48,416 nt of DNA from assembly GCA_902774525.1 (NCBI GenBank), contig CACYIR010000001.1, forward strand, positions 1 through 48,416, read 5' to 3'. The stretch comes from an uncultured Lachnospiraceae bacterium (GTDB taxonomy: Bacteria > Bacillota > Clostridia > Lachnospirales > Lachnospiraceae). Position numbers and translations under genes: made by a program. The notes under the pieces are model-generated. The model was not told the origin of the DNA. It did no database searches and saw nothing but the letters and a program-made list of their open reading frames with translations. Of the stretch, positions 41,982-48,416 are shown in pieces; position 1 is the first letter of the stretch, and each line of letters starts with the position of its first letter.

Positions 41982-43343
41982 TTATCCTCTGTTCTTTTCA
42001 TGTACAAGATCTTTAAATATCCTGCCGCGTTCCTCGTAATTCTTGAACATTCCCCAGCTTGCACAGCAGGGTGAAAGAAGTACGGTGTCACCGCTTACCG
42101 CATTTTTATAGCAATAATCCACTGCTTCTTCCATGCTTCCCACAAACTCTATTTCGGTAAATCCGTGCTTCCTCGCACATTCGGCAATCTTGTCACGGGT
42201 CTGTCCCATAAGGAGCAGCTTCTTGATCTTTCCGTCGAAGCTTTCGATCCACTCATCATATTCCGAGCCTTTGTCATATCCTCCGCCGATCAGGAAGGTG
42301 GGACCTGACATAGCCTTTACCGCCTGAATGGATGCGTCGGGATTGGTACCCTTAGAATCGTTGTAATACTTTACTCCGTTTATGGTATCCACATACTCGA
42401 TACGGTGCTCAACGGGTTTGAAATTCTTAAGACCTTCACGTATAAGCTCCATCGGCACATTCATAAATCTTGCGGCTGCTACGGCTGCCATAACGTTTTC
42501 ATAGTTATGTCTTCCGATAAGCATCATCTGATCAACATCTATGACCTTTTCCCTTACGCCTGCTTTTACTTCATATATAACGCCGTCTTCATAAACCATG
42601 CCGTCATTAAGGGCTGTTTTTGAAGAGAACCAGCAGATTTTTGCCTTTATGTTTGCAGCTGCTTTTCTTAATATCTCATCCTCATAATTTAATATGCAGA
42701 GTTCATCCTCTGTCTGATTCTTTGTACAGTTAAGCTTGGCATTGATGTAGTTTTCCATCGTATGATGCCTGTCAAGATGATCGGGCGTGATATTTAAGAT
42801 CATGCTGATATAGGGATGGAATGTTACGGTGGTATCAAGCTGGAAGCTGCTCATCTCGGCCACGGTCACTCCGTCATCAGAACTGTTTAAACATATCTCT
42901 GTATAGGGGATACCGATATTGCCTCCCACAAGGGTATTCTCATATTTAAGCTTCATTAACGCACCGGTAAGTGCTGTTGTCGTTGTCTTGCCGTTAGTTC
43001 CTGTAACTGCTACTATCTTTCCCTTTGTGAAATAATAAGCAAGCTCAACCTCGCCTATCACACATGCGCCTTTATCCTTATATTTTAATACCTTTTCCGA
43101 ATCAATGGGGACTCCGGGGCTAAGTACCAGATAATCGGGATTGCCTGCTGTATCCTCAGGAAGATTCTCCGAGATTATCCTTCCCTTAAAATCAGGAGAC
43201 AGTTTCTTTAATACTTCAGCCTCATCCAGCTTTTTGTCATCGTAAAGGATGATATCCGCATCCTTTGATGTAAGGAGATTGGCTGCTGCTATGCCGCTCT
43301 TTCCCGCTCCTATTATCAGTACCTTTTTACCCTGAAAATCCAT
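41982..43343 (-). CDS. murD: UDP-N-acetylmuramoyl-L-alanine--D-glutamate ligase
   Basis: KKVLIIGAGKSGIAAANLL...VTGTNGKTTTTAL...NDSKGTNP. Confidence 0.93.
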   Translation of the reverse strand: MDFQGKKVLIIGAGKSGIAAANLLTSKDADIILYDDKKLDEAEVLKKLSPDFKGRIISENLPEDTAGNPDYLVLSPGVPIDSEKVLKYKDKGACVIGEVELAYYFTKGKIVAVTGTNGKTTTTALTGALMKLKYENTLVGGNIGIPYTEICLNSSDDGVTVAEMSSFQLDTTVTFHPYISMILNITPDHLDRHHTMENYINAKLNCTKNQTEDELCILNYEDEILRKAAANIKAKICWFSSKTALNDGMVYEDGVIYEVKAGVREKVIDVDQMMLIGRHNYENVMAAVAAARFMNVPMELIREGLKNFKPVEHRIEYVDTINGVKYYNDSKGTNPDASIQAVKAMSGPTFLIGGGYDKGSEYDEWIESFDGKIKKLLLMGQTRDKIAECARKHGFTEIEFVGSMEEAVDYCYKNAVSGDTVLLSPCCASWGMFKNYEERGRIFKDLVHEKNRG

Positions 43344-43367
43344 AACACGCCTCCAAATAAATATTAT

Positions 43368-45260
43368 TTACATAACTTCCTCATCTATACCGTCGGGAAG
43401 TACATCACTGTTTATCTCGTCGCCTATATCGATATCCGGCTCCTGTATAAGGTCAAGGTCTACAACATAGTTTATCTCGCCTTCAGGATAAAGCCCGAGA
43501 TACGGAAGTATTTCATTAAGTATCTCCGAAGTCATCCTTGTGGCGGGGCTGCTGCTTCCGGCAAGGCTCTCATCCTGTATCTCGTCTATTACCACATAGG
43601 TCATGACCTGGGGATCGTCTGCAGGTGCAAAGCCTACGAAAGATACAACATATTTCTTTTCGGTCCTCGGTCTCTTCTGTGCGGTACCGGTCTTTCCTCC
43701 GACGAGGTAGCCCGCTACCTTAGCGGGAGTAGCCGTTCCTTTTTCTACCGTCATATACAGTGCTTCATGTATAAACTCGGATGTGGTCTTACTTACTGTT
43801 TCCCTGACGGGTCCGTTCTCTTCTTTCCTTACGGGTACTCCGTCCTCATCCTTCATCTGCTTTACAACATGGGGTGTATAATATATTCCGCCGTTAAGTA
43901 TCGAAGCATATGCCGCAGCTATCTGTATCATGGTGACATTGAATGTGGTGCCGAAACTGCTTGTCGCAAGTTCCGTTACATTCAGTTTGCTTCTCGGTAT
44001 AAGGATACCGGTTGCTTCGCCGGTAAGGTCTATTCCCGTCTTATCACCGAAACCGAACTGTTTCTGGTATCTGTAAAATGCATCAGCGCCAAGCTTTTCA
44101 ACTATTTCCATCAATGCGCAGTTACATGATTTCATAAGAGCTTCCGCTAAGGTAAGTTTTCCGTGACCGCTCTTTTTGTTGCAGCCTATCCTCCATCCGC
44201 CCTTTTCCGAATAACCGTTGCAGGTAAACGTACTTGAACCCGATACCACGCACTCCTCCAATGCAGATGCTACAGTGATCGTCTTAAATGTCGAACCGGG
44301 TTCATAAGTATCGGATATGCAGAAGTTCCTCCACATCTTGAAAAGCTCATTTGTCTTCTGATCCTGAGTCATCTCCTCAAGTTCTTCCTCGCTGAACAGT
44401 CCTTCGAGTGAACGGGGATTGTTAAGATCGTATTCGTAGTTGGAAGCCATGCCGTATATCTCGCCGTTATTGGGGTTCATGACTATGACTCCGATATTTT
44501 TGCATCCGGTCTCGGTACGGAAATTCTCGATCTTTTTCTGGATAACGGTCTGGATATTGTAATCGAGCGTGGTCTCCAAAGTATATCCGTTTCTTGCTTC
44601 CTTTACGGTCTTCTGACGGTTGAGTTCGGGATCGTAATATCCGAATTCCAATCCTTCAACTCCTCTTAAGTATTCGTCGTAGTACTGCTCAAGTCCGTAA
44701 TTACCGCCGTCTCTTGTGGCAAATCCGATGACATGCGAAGCAAAATTCCCGTAAGGATATACTCTTGTATATTCCTCTTCAAACCATACGCCTACTACGA
44801 ATTTATGCTTTGATTTATAGCTGTTAAAATCCGAAACCTTTGTATAATCAATATTTTTCTCATATACGAGATATCTGCTCTTTGAATTATCGTTTATAAC
44901 TTTTGTGATAGTCTCCTGATCGTAACCTAAGCACTCCTCCATAGCCTTCAAAGTGGGCTCTAAGTAATAATCGTGGCTTAAGATCACATCGGGATCTAGT
45001 ATCACGTTATAGGTCTTTTCGCTTCTTGCAAGCACTATACCGTTTCTGTCGGTGATAGCCCCTCTTTCGGCAACCAGCGTCTTATTTGCATATGCCTGCT
45101 GCGACAGGACCTTTCTGGCATACTCGTCACCGTTATTGTTGTTGATGTAGACCATTCTGCCTATAAGATAAACACAGGCTGCTATTACCCCGATAAATAC
45201 AAGATAAAGGCCGGTCTTCATTATATCATTAAATCTTCTTGTCCTTTTTCTCCTCTTCAT
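43368..45260 (-). CDS. Class B penicillin-binding protein (FtsI/SpoVD-type transpeptidase)
   Basis: N-terminal TM, then the transpeptidase motifs STFK (GSTFKTIT), SCN and KTGTA. Confidence 0.9.
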   Translation of the reverse strand: MKRRKRTRRFNDIMKTGLYLVFIGVIAACVYLIGRMVYINNNNGDEYARKVLSQQAYANKTLVAERGAITDRNGIVLARSEKTYNVILDPDVILSHDYYLEPTLKAMEECLGYDQETITKVINDNSKSRYLVYEKNIDYTKVSDFNSYKSKHKFVVGVWFEEEYTRVYPYGNFASHVIGFATRDGGNYGLEQYYDEYLRGVEGLEFGYYDPELNRQKTVKEARNGYTLETTLDYNIQTVIQKKIENFRTETGCKNIGVIVMNPNNGEIYGMASNYEYDLNNPRSLEGLFSEEELEEMTQDQKTNELFKMWRNFCISDTYEPGSTFKTITVASALEECVVSGSSTFTCNGYSEKGGWRIGCNKKSGHGKLTLAEALMKSCNCALMEIVEKLGADAFYRYQKQFGFGDKTGIDLTGEATGILIPRSKLNVTELATSSFGTTFNVTMIQIAAAYASILNGGIYYTPHVVKQMKDEDGVPVRKEENGPVRETVSKTTSEFIHEALYMTVEKGTATPAKVAGYLVGGKTGTAQKRPRTEKKYVVSFVGFAPADDPQVMTYVVIDEIQDESLAGSSSPATRMTSEILNEILPYLGLYPEGEINYVVDLDLIQEPDIDIGDEINSDVLPDGIDEEVM

Positions 45261-45358
45261 CCTGTCTCCCGTCCGTTAAGCAACCCTTATTAATAACGCT
45301 ATAATGGGTGAAGGAAATATGTATTCCCTCACCCAGTTAAGATCAACTGCAGTTTATT

Positions 45359-45946
45359 TTATTTTAATTCGGGTATATCATGATACTGTCTCACATACCC
45401 TTCATCGGCCTTGGTGTAATAGATTATGTCATTCTCCTTCGGATATTTCATGCCAAGCTTACCGACTGCCATGGCGTATATGTAGTTTCTGTCCATTTCG
45501 ACATCAAGCTGGCTCATCAGTGCCGAATTCTTATTCTGGATATCCTTTAACTCTGTCTTTGCCACCTCGATCTTTTTGTTGGCCTGTGTGATCTCGGCTC
45601 TTACCTCTATGTACCTGTAACTTGCAAGAACCAATGCTCCTAATGATACAACCGTCATGAGCAAAGTAAAGAGCCTGAATTTATATAATACCTTTACTTT
45701 CTCTTTCCTGCTGCCACGGCGGGGTTCCGTGTATATCTCAGGCTTTACTGTTTCACGTTTTTTAGGGGAAGTTTCAAAATCGTATTCGGAATATTCCTCA
45801 TCAAAAGCTTCGCCATTCTCGAAGAAATCCTCCTCGTACTCTATGGCGTTAAGATCCTTTGCTGCAGTGCCTGCTACATGAACCTTATCCATGTTCTCGT
45901 AGTAGTTCCTGTCATACGTAAATTTGTTTTTTCTTATTTCTGCCAT
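45359..45946 (-). CDS. ftsL: FtsL-like cell division protein with a ~85-aa acidic N-terminal extension
   Basis: A single TM (LFTLLMTVVSLGALVLASY), then a coiled-coil segment, then ...IYAMAVGKLGMKYP. It lies between rsmH and the PBP gene. Confidence 0.7.
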   Translation of the reverse strand: MAEIRKNKFTYDRNYYENMDKVHVAGTAAKDLNAIEYEEDFFENGEAFDEEYSEYDFETSPKKRETVKPEIYTEPRRGSRKEKVKVLYKFRLFTLLMTVVSLGALVLASYRYIEVRAEITQANKKIEVAKTELKDIQNKNSALMSQLDVEMDRNYIYAMAVGKLGMKYPKENDIIYYTKADEGYVRQYHDIPELK

Positions 45947-45997
45947 TCTTTTCCCTGCGCTGTTCCCTGCGCTTTCCCCTTTTGTTTTTTTAGAACA

Positions 45998-46945
45998 TTA
46001 TCCGCTTCGCTCAAATATCCTGAGTTTGCTGCTTTTACTCCTCGGATTGTCATTCATCTCGACATCTGACGGAGTGATGGCTTTTTTGGTAAGATGTTTT
46101 CCCTTTGGTTTCCTCCCGCATACGCATACCGGAAATCCCGGCGGGCATATACACGGGTTTTCTGCTGTATTGAAGGCCTTCTTTACTATCCTGTCCTCTA
46201 AGGAATGGAATGTTATGATGCAAAGCCTTCCTTTGTCGTTCAGCAGATCTATCATCGTTTCAAGACTTTCGGATAAAACCTCAAGTTCCCGGTTCAGTTC
46301 TATCCTTATCGCCTGAAATGTACGTTTTGAAGGATGTCCTCCCGTCTCCCGCACCTTCGCGGGTATCGAAGCTCTTATAATTTCGTTCAGTTCAAATGTT
46401 GTTTCTATTTTTTTTACCGCTCTGGCGGCTGCTATATGCTTTGCAATGTTCTTGGCAAATCTGTCTTCTCCGTAATCCCTTATGATCCGGAAAAGCTCGT
46501 TTTCGCTGTATCCGTTTACTATGTCCGACGCGGTCCTTGTTGATTCCGTATCCATCCTCATGTCAAGCGGTGCGTCGTTCATGTACGAAAAGCCCCTTTC
46601 AGGGGTGTCAAGTTGATAGGACGAAACACCCAGATCCAAGAGTATACCGTCCACCTTATCTATATTATTTTCCTTAAGTATCTGTGCTATATTTTCGTAG
46701 TTGCTTTTTACTATCGTGACTCTGTCGCCGTATGGTTTGAGTTTTTCCGTCGCCGCTTTTATGGCGTCCGGATCCTGGTCGATGCCGATGAGATGTGCGG
46801 TCTTTTCTCTTTTAAGCAGCTCCGAGGAATGTCCTGCACCTCCTAAGGTTCCGTCCACATATATCCCGCCGGGCTTAAGGTCAAGCCCCGTTATGGTTTC
46901 CTCCAAGAGGACCGATCTGTGATTAAACTGTATCTCCTCACCCAT
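45998..46945 (-). CDS. rsmH: 16S rRNA (cytosine1402-N4)-methyltransferase
   Basis: HRSVLLEE...[12 protein letters not shown]...[10 protein letters not shown]...FHSLEDR. Confidence 0.95.
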   Translation of the reverse strand: MGEEIQFNHRSVLLEETITGLDLKPGGIYVDGTLGGAGHSSELLKREKTAHLIGIDQDPDAIKAATEKLKPYGDRVTIVKSNYENIAQILKENNIDKVDGILLDLGVSSYQLDTPERGFSYMNDAPLDMRMDTESTRTASDIVNGYSENELFRIIRDYGEDRFAKNIAKHIAAARAVKKIETTFELNEIIRASIPAKVRETGGHPSKRTFQAIRIELNRELEVLSESLETMIDLLNDKGRLCIITFHSLEDRIVKKAFNTAENPCICPPGFPVCVCGRKPKGKHLTKKAITPSDVEMNDNPRSKSSKLRIFERSG

Positions 46946-46955
46946 ATGAACCTCA

Positions 46956-47387
46956 TCAGAACTTAAGTCCGTACTCTGTAGAAAGCTTCTCTACGATATC
47001 CTCCATGCTTTCATCACCTGACTGGCTGTCAAGCTTCTCTTTGCTCCAGATCTCAACCTTGCTGACCGAACCGATCATGACGATGTCCTTCTCCAGTCCT
47101 GCCAGGTCCTTTAAGCCCTGAGGGATAACTATTCTTCCCTGCTTATCGGGTTCACATTCCTGTGCGTTTCTCATAAAGAATCTGACCAGCTGTCTTGATT
47201 CGTTTGTCATAGGAAGCTCTGCAAGTCTTTTAGCGAACTCCTCCCAGTCGGCTTTCTTGGTGAGGTAAAGGCATCCGTCCAATCCGGCAGATACCACAAA
47301 CTGCTCTCCTAATTCATCACGGAACTTTGCAGGCACAATGACTCTGTTCTTTACGTCTATTGAATGATTAAATTCACCCATGAACAT
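46956..47387 (-). CDS. mraZ: Transcriptional regulator MraZ
   Basis: The ORF-track start is GTG at 47432. The ATG at 47387 lies 7 nt after [29 protein letters not shown] plus a second SpoVT/AbrB-like repeat ([11 protein letters not shown]). Confidence 0.92.
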   Translation of the reverse strand: MFMGEFNHSIDVKNRVIVPAKFRDELGEQFVVSAGLDGCLYLTKKADWEEFAKRLAELPMTNESRQLVRFFMRNAQECEPDKQGRIVIPQGLKDLAGLEKDIVMIGSVSKVEIWSKEKLDSQSGDESMEDIVEKLSTEYGLKF

Positions 47388-47398
47388 CGTCATCACCT

Positions 47399-47432
47399 CC
47401 ACTTCATTCCACAATTCACCACTTTTCACCAC
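47399..47432 (-). promoter_or_regulatory. Putative MraZ operator: four direct GTGG repeats with exact 10-nt periodicity
   Basis: The minus strand reads GTGGTGAAAA GTGGTGAATT GTGGAATGAA GTGGAGGTGA. On the + strand this is CCAC at 47429-32, 47419-22, 47409-12 and 47399-402. It lies between the predicted -10 and the mraZ start codon. Confidence 0.6.
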
Positions 47433-47443
47433 TGGATACCCTA

Positions 47444-47472
47444 ATCATATAACAATCTTTTTAGAAAATCAA
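47444..47472 (-). promoter_or_regulatory. Putative Pmra sigma-A promoter of the dcw operon
   Basis: On the minus strand: TTGATT (47467-47472), 17-nt spacer, TATGAT (47444-47449). Confidence 0.55.
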
Positions 47473-47594
47473 TACCTTTTTGAGTAAAAATACATATTTT
47501 TTAATATTTTTTTATTCCGTTTTTGTGCAATATCTATATATTGTGTGCGAATATATGTTCTCCACAAGAAATGAATAAAAATACAGAAAAGAAT

Positions 47595-47630
47595 ATAAAA
47601 AAAGACCCTGCTTCGTTCAAAAGCAGAGTC
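47595..47630 (-). terminator. Rho-independent terminator of lgt
   Basis: On the minus strand, GACTCTGCTT-ttgaacg-AAGCAGGGTC (one G-U pair) is followed by TTTTTTTATATTC. Confidence 0.75.
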
Positions 47631-47663
47631 TTTACCATAATATGTATCTTTTATTTATTCATT

Positions 47664-48416
47664 TTATTCTTTAGAGATATCTTTGTATTTCGGATCCTTT
47701 ATCTTCATATCGATATATTCCGCGTCTTTGATCTCGGCATCGACAACTTTTCCGCTATTATCCTCTTTTGCATCAAATGCTGTATAAGAAGCATCCTCTG
47801 TATCCTCTTCGTCCTTTTTGACCGAAGCTGCGCTGAGCACCAGTGATACATGTTTTGCCTCGCCCGAGCGGATAGCTTTGGTCCTGAATACAATGATCAG
47901 AACCACTGCCGCTATGAACAGTATCGCAGAGAGCACCTGTGAAACCGCAAGACCGGTACCCCAGATATAGAGCTGGTCAGTTCTGATACCCTCAATGAAG
48001 AATCTTCCGAAACCGTATCCTGCCAGATACATAAGAAGTATCTCGCCGTTAAACTTCTTCTTAGGCCATGCGATAAGAAGGATGATGAGTACCAGTATAT
48101 TCCATACCGATTCATACAGGAATGTGGGATGTACCTGGATAAACTGTCTTCCGTCGGAAAGTACCATGATATTGTTACGGATCTCTATTATATTATTAAG
48201 GGTATCTTCCTTGCCGGCAAACATGTTTTTCAGCAGGCTCTCGGATACAAGCGACGGGTTATATATACTGTTCAATGCCTTATCCGAGATATCGATCTGC
48301 ATCGCGAAGACCGAATCCGTAAACTTACCGAACACTTCCCTGTTAAAGAAGTTGCCCCAGCGTCCGATTATCTGTCCTAAGATTAGTCCGATGATACCGG
48401 TATCGGCCATAAGTCC
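47664..48416 (-). CDS. lgt: Prolipoprotein diacylglyceryl transferase, N-terminus outside the window, with a ~60-aa charged C-terminal tail
   Basis: GQIIGRWGNFFNREVFG (Lgt signature G-R-x-G-N-F-x-N-x-E)...FLYESVWN...GYGFGRFFIEGIRTD. The frame stays open to the window edge, so the M at 48410 is internal. Confidence 0.88.
   Translation of the reverse strand, partial: GLMADTGIIGLILGQIIGRWGNFFNREVFGKFTDSVFAMQIDISDKALNSIYNPSLVSESLLKNMFAGKEDTLNNIIEIRNNIMVLSDGRQFIQVHPTFLYESVWNILVLIILLIAWPKKKFNGEILLMYLAGYGFGRFFIEGIRTDQLYIWGTGLAVSQVLSAILFIAAVVLIIVFRTKAIRSGEAKHVSLVLSAASVKKDEEDTEDASYTAFDAKEDNSGKVVDAEIKDAEYIDMKIKDPKYKDISKE

Noticed and set aside
47560-47565. An additional GTGGAG (minus strand) about 160 nt upstream of the MraZ repeats
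   Set aside because: It is a single isolated hexamer without periodic partners, so chance occurrence is likely.

Overview
This window looks like chromosomal, mostly housekeeping DNA from a moderately AT-rich Firmicute. I infer Clostridia, probably Lachnospiraceae-like, from GGAGG ribosome-binding sites, the ispH-S1 fusion, plsX-acpP-rnc-smc-ftsY synteny and an xpaC-telA pair. I call 41 protein genes and one tRNA-Arg(ACG). Only cellobiose phosphorylase and typA are on the + strand. I found no rRNA, CRISPR array, transposase, integrase or obvious prophage. Recognisable blocks, left to right: aspS (truncated at the edge) preceded by two uncharacterised membrane proteins; a GH94 cellobiose phosphorylase; a membrane GGDEF cyclase; thrH divergent from typA; a two-gene islet (COG2426 membrane protein plus a Panacea/DUF4065-like protein) next to a stand-alone tRNA-Arg; xth; a five-gene operon (14.4-21.7 kb) built around xpaC-telA; a CPBP protease; ftsY-smc-rnc-acpP-plsX; cheR; ispH/S1-cmk-flavoprotein-GerMN-like-pgsA-rimO; an isolated mrpEFG triad; a compact dcw cluster (mraZ-rsmH-ftsL-PBP-murD-ftsW-ftsQ-ftsZ); and lgt (truncated at the edge). 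The best candidate for an undescribed system is the xpaC-telA operon. It has its own consensus promoter and adds three proteins with no recognisable family: an 857-aa protein with about 320 aa of E/R/K/A helix encoded partly by near-identical 66-nt tandem repeats, a 3-TM protein, and a membrane-anchored Q/N/G/Y-rich prion-like protein. Secondary leads are the Panacea-like islet, the orphan mrpEFG, an orphan cheR directly behind a terminator, and a clean 4 x GTGG (10-bp period) putative MraZ operator. All family calls come from reading motifs in the supplied translations. No database search was run.
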